The translations under genes were made by a program, and so were the position numbers. Below, in pieces: positions 15,745 to 25,242 of a stretch of 64,000 bases of DNA; positions within the stretch are counted from its first letter, which is position 1, and every line of letters begins with the position of its first letter. The notes beneath the pieces were generated by a model, which saw nothing but the letters and a program-made list of their open reading frames with translations, was not told the DNA's origin and ran no database searches. This DNA is from Candidatus Omnitrophota bacterium (lineage in GTDB: Bacteria > Omnitrophota > Gorgyraeia > Gygaellales > Profunditerraquicolaceae), in the NCBI GenBank assembly GCA_043823435.1, contig JBDRAV010000014.1, forward strand, positions 10,765 through 74,764, read 5' to 3'.

Positions 15745-17619
15745 TTAGATATAACCTTTCCATTTATAATATATGATACTGAGATATTCATGCAATATGC
15801 CCTTGATCTGCTCTAGATTCACGTCTCGCCACCATTTTATTCCGGAAACATTGGTATCATTACCCGCATAGAAGATGCTTTTTCGCGGGGGGACACGGAT
15901 GACCCGCAGGTCACGCGCGTTCTTCTCAAAGACCAGAGAAGCGCGGCGCATATGATAGGGCGAAGTCACCAGGATTATCTTCTGCCAGCCATTCTGCCTG
16001 AGTATCCTCTCGCTGAAGAGTACGTTCTCATAGGTGTTTTTGGCCTTGTCTTCGATCAGTATTGCCTCAGCCGGCACTCCCAGCGATACTGCCAGGGCTT
16101 TCATCAATAAAGGCTCTTCATATACGTACATATAACCCGAGGAAAAGATGATATGCCTTGCGTACCCTTTTTTATATAATTCTACCGCTCGCTGGACCCG
16201 CTCTTCATAGCCCTGGCCCGCCTTCCCTGATTCTCCCACCCCTCCGGCAAAAACCACTATGCAGTCCGAGCTTTCGGGCGGCTCTGAGATCTTTAAAGGC
16301 CCGGCCGCGACCCAGGCCAAAGGAGTATAAAAAACAATGAAGTAAACAAGTAATACTCCCGCGACGATACGCATTGCCTTTCTTCTCGCGACACGGTAGA
16401 ATTTAAGGAACCGACGCTGCCAGTCAGAGGACTTATTAAACCTCTCCTTCATTGCCTTCACCATAAGTCCGCTCATATCTTCTATGCGCCTCTCCCAATC
16501 ATGCTCTCCGGCTGATATCCTACGCTGCATTATCAATCCTTGATCGCGGTCACCCAGGGCGCTATTGATATGCGCTTCAAACTCCTGATATGTCATCGCT
16601 ATGCGCACCAGGTCATTGTTGATTTTGTTATATTTTATCACCTCCGGCAGATCGATAGAAACAACGGGCTTGCCTAAGGCGTGGTATTCATTTAATTTCG
16701 TAGGGAAGACCGTAGTCGTATATTCGTTTATCTCGTAAGGTATTGTCGCGACGTCAAAATATTTAATGTAGGATGGTAACTCCGAGAACTCCTTCTTTCC
16801 CAGGGAAAATATATTATTCAAACCGCTTATCTTTGAAAGTTCTTCCTGCGCCGGGCCGATCAGCACAAATGACCATTCCGGGTGGTTCTTGGCCAGGTAC
16901 CGGATAAGACCTAGGTCAACGTGCCTATGGATGCCCCCTACATATCCGATTATCGGCTTCTTTATCTTCCTGATATCGGCGGGAGGATCAAGAGAGCTGT
17001 CTTCTTTTTCATCAAAAACCTGGGTATTCACGCCGAAAGGAAAAATATGCACATTATCATTCAAGCGGGAGCACCTCTCCTTCAAGAACTCTCCCTGCGC
17101 GAATATCAGGTCGCACTTCTTTAGCAGCTCATTCTCTGTCTTCTTTATCTTTCTGGGATTATCCGCCAGCACGTAAAAATCGGCGATACAGTAATAAACA
17201 AGCAACCTATGGTCTATATTCGCGATGATATCCAGCGCCGTCCCGGTCGGAAGAAAGGTCCAGATTATCGGCTCATGGAAATCCATCGCCTTCATCCACC
17301 TCTTTAATCCGCCAAGCAACAGGTGGCTGTTTATCCAGCGGGCAATCCGGCTGTAGGGAAAAGGGAGCACAACGGGAGAATAAACATAGAGGTTCTCCAT
17401 CTCTTGCTTGAAGCCCTTTACGCTCCCAAGCCACGCCATAAAACGCTTCTTAAGACGCGGGATATCCTTTAAATGTGGGACCCTTACGCCGGTATTCTCT
17501 ATGAAAAGTACCCTGTTGCCGTTCCTGGCGAATTCAGACATCACCTCCTGATGCCCCTGCCAGTTGAAATCCCAGTCAATGGAAGAGATGCAGATTATAT
17601 TCTGGTTTCGTATGGTCAT
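15745..17619 (-). CDS. GT-B glycosyltransferase (TuaH-like) - TM - DUF218 (YdcF/ElyC/SanA-like) fusion protein
   Basis: N-terminal IICISSIDWDFNWQGHQEVM..NRVLFIEN and a C-terminal GT-B half. A TM helix follows (IVAGVLLVYFIVFYTPLAWVAAG). The DUF218 block is CIVVFAGGVGESG..YARHIIFSSG..NTYENV..ILVTSPYHMRRA. Confidence 0.75.
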   Translation of the reverse strand: MTIRNQNIICISSIDWDFNWQGHQEVMSEFARNGNRVLFIENTGVRVPHLKDIPRLKKRFMAWLGSVKGFKQEMENLYVYSPVVLPFPYSRIARWINSHLLLGGLKRWMKAMDFHEPIIWTFLPTGTALDIIANIDHRLLVYYCIADFYVLADNPRKIKKTENELLKKCDLIFAQGEFLKERCSRLNDNVHIFPFGVNTQVFDEKEDSSLDPPADIRKIKKPIIGYVGGIHRHVDLGLIRYLAKNHPEWSFVLIGPAQEELSKISGLNNIFSLGKKEFSELPSYIKYFDVATIPYEINEYTTTVFPTKLNEYHALGKPVVSIDLPEVIKYNKINNDLVRIAMTYQEFEAHINSALGDRDQGLIMQRRISAGEHDWERRIEDMSGLMVKAMKERFNKSSDWQRRFLKFYRVARRKAMRIVAGVLLVYFIVFYTPLAWVAAGPLKISEPPESSDCIVVFAGGVGESGKAGQGYEERVQRAVELYKKGYARHIIFSSGYMYVYEEPLLMKALAVSLGVPAEAILIEDKAKNTYENVLFSERILRQNGWQKIILVTSPYHMRRASLVFEKNARDLRVIRVPPRKSIFYAGNDTNVSGIKWWRDVNLEQIKGILHEYLSIIYYKWKGYI

Positions 17620-17623
17620 CTTT

Positions 17624-18652
17624 CTATTCTTTCTGTCCTGCCTTATGACTGATCAATCCTTTATCCGAAAGAAAACCTGAGATGGATTCTACGATCCTGC
17701 CGTTCGCGTCCCTATTCGGATGGCTGTCAGAACTGTTGACCCAAAGGTCTTCCGCATTATTCCTCTTAAAAACAGGCAAGAGGTCAAACACGTATGGCTC
17801 TCTTTTAAGCGCCTCTTCTACACGTTCGTGATAAAACCCATAAGGATAACCGCTCTTCAGCTTCTCAAACTTTGGGTAGATCACATAGACTATCGGGATA
17901 CTCTTCTCTTTCGAAAGCGCTTCCAGCTCAGAAAAAGCCTCCTTATTCTTGAGCCAGCCGATATAGCGGTCGGAATAAACATACTGCAGGTTCTCCCTTC
18001 TGATGCCCGGATCATTCGCCGCTAAACCCCTTAAAATATAATTCAATTTATAGAGTTTATCAAGGATAAATTCGTAACTGTATAGCCACCGTAAGATATC
18101 TTTCGCTAAATTAACAAAAGGAGACTTTGAAGTGGTCAAGGGATAATTATATACGCTGTCATTATATACATAACCTATGATAACAAGATCGGGGTCAAGC
18201 TTCAACCCCTCTTCTTTAAGGAATAGGTATTCGCATGCAGTATTATAGCTTGGTATTCCACAATTTATCACTTCTATTGAGTTGCCGAGATACCTTTTCC
18301 GCAAAGATCTCTCCAGTTGTTTCGGATAGGTATCTTCCAGGTCCAGCCCGATATCGAATGTGCAGGAATCCCCAACGGCTAAGATCCTAAAAGTCCCTTT
18401 GGGCTTTAATAGAGAATATTCGTGATCGCGCAAGCCGAATGAATTTATGCGGTATGGACGACCGTATGTCTTCCCGCGAAAACCGGGGCGAAAAGCATAG
18501 CGGCGCGTCTCATGCGAGATATATGTGCCCGGGGTCAAGGGGTGATTTGCATAAAATAGCCTCAAGAAGGCCTCAAGTGCGGCAAAAACAAAGACAGTGC
18601 TTATCGCAATCAGGGTCGTATTCTGCAATAATTTCTTGATTTTTGGCGTCAT
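17624..18652 (-). CDS. membrane-anchored SGNH/GDSL-family hydrolase (paralogue A)
   Basis: N-terminal TM helix, block I FRILAVGDSCTF, block III NCGIPSYN, block V SDSHPN. Confidence 0.7.
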   Translation of the reverse strand: MTPKIKKLLQNTTLIAISTVFVFAALEAFLRLFYANHPLTPGTYISHETRRYAFRPGFRGKTYGRPYRINSFGLRDHEYSLLKPKGTFRILAVGDSCTFDIGLDLEDTYPKQLERSLRKRYLGNSIEVINCGIPSYNTACEYLFLKEEGLKLDPDLVIIGYVYNDSVYNYPLTTSKSPFVNLAKDILRWLYSYEFILDKLYKLNYILRGLAANDPGIRRENLQYVYSDRYIGWLKNKEAFSELEALSKEKSIPIVYVIYPKFEKLKSGYPYGFYHERVEEALKREPYVFDLLPVFKRNNAEDLWVNSSDSHPNRDANGRIVESISGFLSDKGLISHKAGQKE

Positions 18653-19476
18653 TTCTTATAGCCCCTGGCAAGCCAGCCGGCGCGGTCCCTCATCTTTATA
18701 ATGCAGACCTTCTCGAAACCACAAGAGCTAAACAACTCCTGGATCTCTATTTTGTTAAACCTTAATTCTACCGGTGCGCTTAAACGGTCATAAAGGTCCC
18801 CTCTAAGTGAAAAAGGGCCTCTAGCGAAATTAAAAGGGAACTTCTGCGCAACCGGGCGCGTTACCTTAAAAGCCCCCAAGGCCTTCGCGGGAAGCGAGAA
18901 TAGCAGAAAAACAAAGGGCGACAAGACGAATGAAAGGAAATATATCGCCCGCGGAGGCAACTTTACGGTAAAAAAGCGCACTCCCCGCACTATATTCACC
19001 GCGGCGTATTTAAGAATATTGTCGGAATGGTCCTCGTAGAGATAAATGAATGCGGGGGCGCCATTCTTCAGGATACGCCCGATCTCAGAGAGGCCACGCT
19101 CGGGGCTTAAGGTATGATGCAACACGCCATAGGAATACGCAAAGTCATAAACCCTATCCTTAAACGGCATATCAATGAGCGAACCTTTTATTATCTCGAC
19201 GTTTTCCAGCTGCGAGGTTAGTTCACGGGTCCTGAATACGCCGTCGCTTAAGTCGATACTGGTGATCCTGGTACCCGGGTTCTTCGCCGCCATTATAAAA
19301 GTATCGTATCCGCACCCCGAACCGGCGTCAATACCGCGTTTTCCCATTACAATCGGTTCGCTGAATGCCTCCTGGACAAAATCAAAGTGCCATTTGGGTA
19401 CCGCAGTTGCCTCCCTACACTTTCCCCAAAGGAATCCGTATGACTCTTCTGTCGCCTGCTGGCGGTCGCTCTTCAT
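18649..19476 (-). CDS. class I SAM-dependent methyltransferase with C-terminal TM segment
   Basis: GIDAGSGCGYDT (motif I) and YGVLHHT. Start placed at MKSDRQQ (19476), which forms an ATGA overlap with the upstream stop; the listed longer ORF overlaps that gene by 97 nt. Confidence 0.75.
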   Translation of the reverse strand: MKSDRQQATEESYGFLWGKCREATAVPKWHFDFVQEAFSEPIVMGKRGIDAGSGCGYDTFIMAAKNPGTRITSIDLSDGVFRTRELTSQLENVEIIKGSLIDMPFKDRVYDFAYSYGVLHHTLSPERGLSEIGRILKNGAPAFIYLYEDHSDNILKYAAVNIVRGVRFFTVKLPPRAIYFLSFVLSPFVFLLFSLPAKALGAFKVTRPVAQKFPFNFARGPFSLRGDLYDRLSAPVELRFNKIEIQELFSSCGFEKVCIIKMRDRAGWLARGYKK

Positions 19477-20117
19477 CTTTTTTTTATCAGTTGGCGCAAT
19501 CTCCTGAATATATAAAATGAAAGGAGAAACCTTTTTACCTTTGCTACGCGCAAGGCCTTCTCTACGCAAGCGACCTTATCGCGCTTACCGAGATAGACGA
19601 TATGGCTTGAGGAGTTATTAAGATAGATCACGCTCCCCAATTTACATAATTGCCTCTTTGTCCAGCCGGTCTTATGCCTCTCGTGGGGATTATTAAAAGA
19701 GCTTCCCTGAATTCCGATATCCTTCGGGACGGCGAGCAATACCCCCTCATTCCTCTGCATCAGGTCATTGACCAGTTTCCTGCCGGCTGCCTTATCCAGA
19801 TGCTCCAGAATATCTATCAAGAGCACAAGGTCGTATCTAAAGTCGCTCTTCGTGGCTAATTCTACGATATCACCGATATACAGGTTATCGTAGGCGAACT
19901 TATGAAGAGGGGTCAGGTAATCTTCAAATATCTCCACCCCGTCTATACGCCTGGTGAAGCCGCGGTAATTATCGCTTCGGTTCCATAACTCAAGGTATTC
20001 ACGGCATAAGACCCCGTACTTCCCGAATCCGACCCCGACATCCAGTATAGAGTGGGGATTCAATATGGTGATCATGTCCATTATTCCCGATATCTGACAA
20101 TAGTGGCTGGTTGGCAT
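19473..20117 (-). CDS. class I SAM-dependent methyltransferase
   Basis: ILDVGVGFGKYG (motif I) and YDLVLLIDILEHL. Confidence 0.7.
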   Translation of the reverse strand: MPTSHYCQISGIMDMITILNPHSILDVGVGFGKYGVLCREYLELWNRSDNYRGFTRRIDGVEIFEDYLTPLHKFAYDNLYIGDIVELATKSDFRYDLVLLIDILEHLDKAAGRKLVNDLMQRNEGVLLAVPKDIGIQGSSFNNPHERHKTGWTKRQLCKLGSVIYLNNSSSHIVYLGKRDKVACVEKALRVAKVKRFLLSFYIFRRLRQLIKKR

Positions 20118-20124
20118 TTTGATA

Positions 20125-21180
20125 TTACCTCCGCGTTGTGTTCAGGTACCCTTTCTGATCCAATAAACCGGATAGCGCATACGCTGCAACAGAGAATCCT
20201 TTTTTATTCGGATGTATGATATCGCGTTCTAAATATAAAGATATACCCTGGGAAATATATGGCTTATAAGCTCCACTTAAGTCTATGAAAGGAATATTCT
20301 CCTGCGCGAAAACCCTGCCAAGCCTCTCCTGTATAGAGTAATCGCCCTGTACCAGCTGGCTGTAGAGCGGAAAGACGACAAATACTCCGCACGAGTCATT
20401 CTGCCGCAATAGCTCGTGCGTTTCTTTAAGACACGTTATCCATCTTCCCCACTGGGGCTCTGATATCTCAAACCTGTAGTTCTTAAGATAGTTCTTATAA
20501 CCGTCTCCGATAAAATTCATGCGGTAATAGCTGTTCAGCGCATCGTAAGTAAGCTTATATAACTCGCTCTTCTGGTAGAGCCAGTTGATGAACCTCGCTT
20601 TAGAGCCGTCGCGCATAATAAGATAGACCCGTCCGAGAAAAGTATATACTCTCGGCCTCGTATCTACGAAATCATTCAGGCATATCCCGACTATGACCAG
20701 GTCGGGGCGATACTCGGCTATATTCTCCTTAATAAGCTCATAGACCTGCCGGGAATTATAACCTCCTACTCCGGCATTCCAGACTACAGTTTCCATGCCG
20801 GATTTAGAATAAATCTCTTTTTCCAGCAGGGCTGGAAGTCGCTCCCGCATCGGTAAATAGCTACCTTCAATGATCGAGTCGCCGAAGAAAATTATGCGCA
20901 ATGCCCCTTTATCGACCGTTGATAATTCCGGACCCTCAAAACCTTCGGGATTCAACTTTCTCCTGACCCCAAACTTATTTACGTATTCTATGCCCGGTTT
21001 ATATTCCATGCCCAGCTCTTTATTTGAGCTTGCCCGCATATAGCCGGATGAATTCTTAAATAGAACAAACACCCGACAGGCAAATTCGCCAAAGAGCAAG
21101 AAGACGACGGCGCTTAAGGCAATAAGGATGACAACACGTATATTATTTCTCTTATAATTGCTCTTCAAGAAAGCCTTCAT
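20125..21180 (-). CDS. membrane-anchored SGNH/GDSL-family hydrolase (paralogue B)
   Basis: N-terminal TM helix, LRIIFFGDSIIEG, NAGVGGYN, ERDIIHPN. Confidence 0.7.
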   Translation of the reverse strand: MKAFLKSNYKRNNIRVVILIALSAVVFLLFGEFACRVFVLFKNSSGYMRASSNKELGMEYKPGIEYVNKFGVRRKLNPEGFEGPELSTVDKGALRIIFFGDSIIEGSYLPMRERLPALLEKEIYSKSGMETVVWNAGVGGYNSRQVYELIKENIAEYRPDLVIVGICLNDFVDTRPRVYTFLGRVYLIMRDGSKARFINWLYQKSELYKLTYDALNSYYRMNFIGDGYKNYLKNYRFEISEPQWGRWITCLKETHELLRQNDSCGVFVVFPLYSQLVQGDYSIQERLGRVFAQENIPFIDLSGAYKPYISQGISLYLERDIIHPNKKGFSVAAYALSGLLDQKGYLNTTRR

Positions 21181-22177
21181 CTTTGATCTTCTGGGCGAAA
21201 ATATCGCTTAGCCACTCGTTTCCGGTACTATTAAAGTGCACTTCGTCATTTAAAAGCGTGTTCATCCCTTCCCCTGAAATCAATGTCTGGGTATCGACTA
21301 ACGTAAGGCGGTATTTAGCGGATACCTCTCTTATTATAGCTGTATAATCTTCGACCACCGGCACGAGCCAGGGCGGACACTTTGCCCCGTCTATCAGCTG
21401 CGTTGCCAATATCAACCTCACATTCCCCTCTTGCGAGGCACTGACGAATAATGATAAGTTACGTTTGAACGCGCGGCGCGAAAAAGAAAGATCCGCGTCT
21501 TTTGGAACAGTCTCCCTGCAGCGCGAAAGATATCTCTGTTGCGCCAGAGAATATACCAGCGAGTATAACCTCGAATGCAACAGGAAACGGTTCAGCGGGT
21601 TATGGAGCCTATGAAAATTACGCACTTTCTCAACCGGCTTATCAGCCCTGATTTTCCCCGAAAGATAGGCATCATTTATCGTATGATATACTATGATAAG
21701 ATCCGGAGAAAAGTTTACCGCCTCGTTGATATAACGCGATAGGCTTTCAAAGGTAGTATATCCAGGCCCTGCGGCGTTGATCACTTCTATTTTTTTCTTA
21801 CTGCCTGCCCCCCGCAGCCTTCTTTCCAATAATGCTGGCCAGGTAGAGGAATTATCCTTTTCATATACCCCGAAGGTAGATGATCCGCCGAAACAGATTA
21901 TCCGGAATGTACCTTCGGGCTTTACGGGACCGAAATCATCCCCCCTGTACCCGAGAGAATTTATCCTTATCTCTTTATGGTCCTTGCGGTCTATCCTCGC
22001 CACTGCCCCGGGGCGGAATGAATAATTATAATAGGAATTGGGGATATAGATGAATTCAAGGTTATTATGGGAATAACCGTTGATACCGGCGTAAAGATCG
22101 TATATCCTGACAAATAGTTCGCCACAGATAAAAGTAAAGAGCAAAATAAGGACGGTGTATTTTAACCTTTTAGCCAT
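21152..22177 (-). CDS. membrane-anchored SGNH-family protein (paralogue C; GGS instead of GDS)
   Basis: N-terminal TM helix, FRIICFGGSSTFG, NAAGPGYT, NDEVHFN. Confidence 0.65.
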   Translation of the reverse strand: MAKRLKYTVLILLFTFICGELFVRIYDLYAGINGYSHNNLEFIYIPNSYYNYSFRPGAVARIDRKDHKEIRINSLGYRGDDFGPVKPEGTFRIICFGGSSTFGVYEKDNSSTWPALLERRLRGAGSKKKIEVINAAGPGYTTFESLSRYINEAVNFSPDLIIVYHTINDAYLSGKIRADKPVEKVRNFHRLHNPLNRFLLHSRLYSLVYSLAQQRYLSRCRETVPKDADLSFSRRAFKRNLSLFVSASQEGNVRLILATQLIDGAKCPPWLVPVVEDYTAIIREVSAKYRLTLVDTQTLISGEGMNTLLNDEVHFNSTGNEWLSDIFAQKIKDEGFLEEQL

Positions 22178-23309
22178 TACAGACCCTCCGGTATATCCTT
22201 TCCAACTTACGGATCAACATAGCGCGGTCAAACTTCTCTCCGGTTATTTCTTTTGCATTCTGACCCAGCCGCGTTGCCGCGTTATGGTCAGCGAGGAGCC
22301 CGCTGATCGCGCGTGCAAGGCTCACGTGGTCTCCAACAGGGACTAAAATCCCTGTTTTTTTGTCCTCTATTATCTCCGATACGCCCCCTGCATCTGCGGC
22401 GATCACTGGTTTCCCGTAACTTAATGCTTCGAGAATGGTCAAGCCGAACCCCTCGCAATACGAAGGGGACACCACGATATCGGCAACCTTCATGAATGCG
22501 GGCACAGAGCTGGAATATCCGGCAAAGTGAACTGCTTCAGATACGCCCAGCTCTTTTGCGAGCGTTTCAAGATTGCTGCGCTCAGGGCCGTCTCCGACAA
22601 AAACAAATCTTACGTCCCGTAACGATCCCAGCACAAGAGGGATAGCTTTCAATAATACTGCGTGTCCCTTATTCTTAAAGAAGCTTGCTACGGTAAGTAC
22701 TATCTTATCACCAGCCGGTAAGGAGTTTAATCCCTGCAGTGATCTTTCCTGGCCATCACCGTAACCTGGAGTATTTACACTTAAAGGGTATACCTGCTCG
22801 ATCCGGTTTCCGCTGATACGGATGCCATGCCGCTCTGCAAGGTCTCTCTTTACCGCCTCTGAATTTGCGGTAACACAATCAAAAAAAAGATAGACGAAAC
22901 GGTATAAAAGTGAGAAAAGCTTCTTTTTCGCCTTTATCAGCTTATTTTCATATTCTTCGGATGTAAAATTAAAGCCGTGTATCGTAGATATCAATTTTAC
23001 ATTACCTGCACTTTTCGCGGCGATACACCCTAATATATCCGCGGTAAAGCAATTTGTATGGACTATATCTATCTTATTTTCTTTAATGAACCTACGTATA
23101 GCCGATATACTGCGAAGGTTAAAGATATTCTGCAGGTCCAGGCAGATAGTTTCCGTAGAGAACCTGCGGAAATCATCTATCAATTCCCCTCCCGGCTGCG
23201 CGATAACATATCTTTTGAATTCATCGCGGTCAAGGAGCTTTAACAAGGCGAGCAGGTTGCTCTCGGTTCCGCCGTAGCGGGAAGTGCTTATCAGGTAAAG
23301 TATATTCAT
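22170..23309 (-). CDS. glycosyltransferase, GT-B fold (GT4-like)
   Basis: MNILYLISTSRYGGTE and EGFGLTILEALSYGKPVIAADAGG. Start placed at MNILYL (23309), just after the upstream stop at 23306. Confidence 0.85.
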   Translation of the reverse strand: MNILYLISTSRYGGTESNLLALLKLLDRDEFKRYVIAQPGGELIDDFRRFSTETICLDLQNIFNLRSISAIRRFIKENKIDIVHTNCFTADILGCIAAKSAGNVKLISTIHGFNFTSEEYENKLIKAKKKLFSLLYRFVYLFFDCVTANSEAVKRDLAERHGIRISGNRIEQVYPLSVNTPGYGDGQERSLQGLNSLPAGDKIVLTVASFFKNKGHAVLLKAIPLVLGSLRDVRFVFVGDGPERSNLETLAKELGVSEAVHFAGYSSSVPAFMKVADIVVSPSYCEGFGLTILEALSYGKPVIAADAGGVSEIIEDKKTGILVPVGDHVSLARAISGLLADHNAATRLGQNAKEITGEKFDRAMLIRKLERIYRRVCNG

Positions 23310-24172
23310 CTTTCTTCGCGCATACAAAAGAGGTCGGTGTGCCTGCCGTTTGCGATAGTATAATTTTTCAGCAGGCGGGACTCATCGATAAGTCCGAACT
23401 CCTCCTCTTCGTTAGCAAGGTGCATCAGCCTGAATCCCAGCCCTTTAAGCGTATTGAGATAATCTTCGGGCCTCGCCCCAGAATTATTCAACCCTATCGG
23501 CCAGAACTCCGTAACCATCTTGATATCCTTGTTTTTCTCAAGGAGAGAAGGCATGCCGCGCACGGCCAAGAGTTCTGCGCCCTGGATATCCATCTTTATA
23601 AAATCTATCTTGCCTTCAAAATCGCGGAAATAATCGTCAAGCCGCACCGAACCGACCTCTATTACCCTGCGGCGCTCCCCGTAGTCGTATATCCGGTGGT
23701 CTCCGCAATTACGCTTGGAGATATAAAGCTTTATTGGACCGGTCATATCCGATACCGCCTTATTGACAAGCACCACATTCTCAAAACCATTAGCTGAGAC
23801 ATTCTTGCTTAGTAGCGAGAAATTATCCGGGTTAGGCTCGAAAGCAAATACCTTCCCTCCCTTCCCGACCAGCTCCGCAAAAAGCAGGGTATAGTACCCG
23901 ATATTGGCGCCGATATCGACGACCACCTGACCCTCCTTGACGCTGCTCTTCACCAGTTCCGTCTCAAGTGGTTCGCAGGTATCGCTTATGGAGAGGCAAA
24001 GGTTATCTTTCGGGTCAAGGAACATCTTACGCCCCTGCACGATAGCGAAATCCGACTTCAACAGAGAAATTAGCGCGTTATTAATCAGGCGAAAGGGATA
24101 AAACCATGCCAACCCGTAACGGCTCACTGCTTTGGCTATATTCCTGCGTAATGAAAGAAAGTTCCTTCTCAT
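23306..24172 (-). CDS. FkbM-family SAM-dependent methyltransferase
   Basis: VVDIGANIGYYT, VFAFEPNPDNF and KMDIQGAELLAV. Start placed at MRRNFL (24172), which forms an ATGA overlap with the upstream stop. Confidence 0.8.
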   Translation of the reverse strand: MRRNFLSLRRNIAKAVSRYGLAWFYPFRLINNALISLLKSDFAIVQGRKMFLDPKDNLCLSISDTCEPLETELVKSSVKEGQVVVDIGANIGYYTLLFAELVGKGGKVFAFEPNPDNFSLLSKNVSANGFENVVLVNKAVSDMTGPIKLYISKRNCGDHRIYDYGERRRVIEVGSVRLDDYFRDFEGKIDFIKMDIQGAELLAVRGMPSLLEKNKDIKMVTEFWPIGLNNSGARPEDYLNTLKGLGFRLMHLANEEEEFGLIDESRLLKNYTIANGRHTDLFCMREER

Positions 24173-25242
24173 TCTCTTCTGCTTAAACACTCCAGCAGCC
24201 CTGACTCCTTCAGCTCCTTATATATCGCTCTTGCGGCTATCTTGTTACCCAGCGGGTTTGGATGGCAATAATCCATGGGGAAGAACAATCTTTTTTGCTC
24301 CCGAGCGAAATAGGCGGTGAGATCGAGGAACGCTATATTATTATCCGTGCAGTATGTATTTATGATTTCCTGCGGGTCAATAGTGAGCTTGGAAAGGTGG
24401 ATATTAAAATAATTATCCGCGACCTGGAATTCGAAGGGGAATACCACGATAAAAAACTTTATCCCTTTTAAATCAAGGAACCTTTTTATCTTCCCAAGGT
24501 AATCCAGCGTCTCTTCCCACGCTGCCCGAGATTCGGGAGAGATACCGAAGGAAATCATCTCTTCCTTTTCGTTATAGCGGCTGAAGTCATATTTTTTAAA
24601 ACCGTATTTATAAAGAAAACGAGTGGTCTTCACGTCAAAAAAAGATACCAGGGCGCTTTTACGCAATACCCAGCGCATAATGTTGAGCTTATCGCTCAGG
24701 GTCTTATTAAAGGGTATGACCATCCCGGAATAAGAACGGTTGCTGACCTGCGAATGTTTCAGGTCAACCCCCTTACTTTTCGCGTAGTATACGTTGCCTA
24801 CGTCATTAAGGCAGAACCCCAGTATCACCAAGTCCGGGTTTATCCCGTTTATGCTGTTCAGGAGGCCGTAATATTCTATGCTGGTGCCTACCCCGGAAGT
24901 CATGATCAGCCCGCAGTTTATCACCTGATAGACCTTATTCTCGTCCTTATTGAGCATCTTCTCTAGTTGTTTCGAATAGGTATCGCTAAGCTTGTTCTGG
25001 CATCCGAAGGTGACCGAATCACCCAGGGCCATTATCCTTATCGCTCCTTGTTCCTTGCGGCTCTCGAACTCGTAGTCACGTAAGCCCCTTGAATTAAGCG
25101 TAAAAGGTATCCCACCCGTAATCCCCTTGCCGTGGTCAAGGGATTTATAGGCGGGAAGGAAAACTCGGACCATCATCTCAAGCGCCAGGAAAATTATTGC
25201 AAAAACCGCGATATCCTTTAAAACGCGCATAATCTTCATCAT
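24169..25242 (-). CDS. membrane-anchored SGNH/GDSL-family hydrolase (paralogue D)
   Basis: N-terminal TM helix, IRIMALGDSVTFG, NCGLIMTSG, MDYCHPN. Confidence 0.7.
   Translation of the reverse strand: MMKIMRVLKDIAVFAIIFLALEMMVRVFLPAYKSLDHGKGITGGIPFTLNSRGLRDYEFESRKEQGAIRIMALGDSVTFGCQNKLSDTYSKQLEKMLNKDENKVYQVINCGLIMTSGVGTSIEYYGLLNSINGINPDLVILGFCLNDVGNVYYAKSKGVDLKHSQVSNRSYSGMVIPFNKTLSDKLNIMRWVLRKSALVSFFDVKTTRFLYKYGFKKYDFSRYNEKEEMISFGISPESRAAWEETLDYLGKIKRFLDLKGIKFFIVVFPFEFQVADNYFNIHLSKLTIDPQEIINTYCTDNNIAFLDLTAYFAREQKRLFFPMDYCHPNPLGNKIAARAIYKELKESGLLECLSRRE

Noticed and set aside
22337-22361. Plus-strand terminator-like hairpin CAGGGA-CTAAAA-TCCCTG followed by T7
   Set aside because: It lies inside the minus-strand GT4 gene, where it encodes the conserved KKTGILVPVGD segment. 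There is no plus-strand gene to terminate, so it is probably coincidental.
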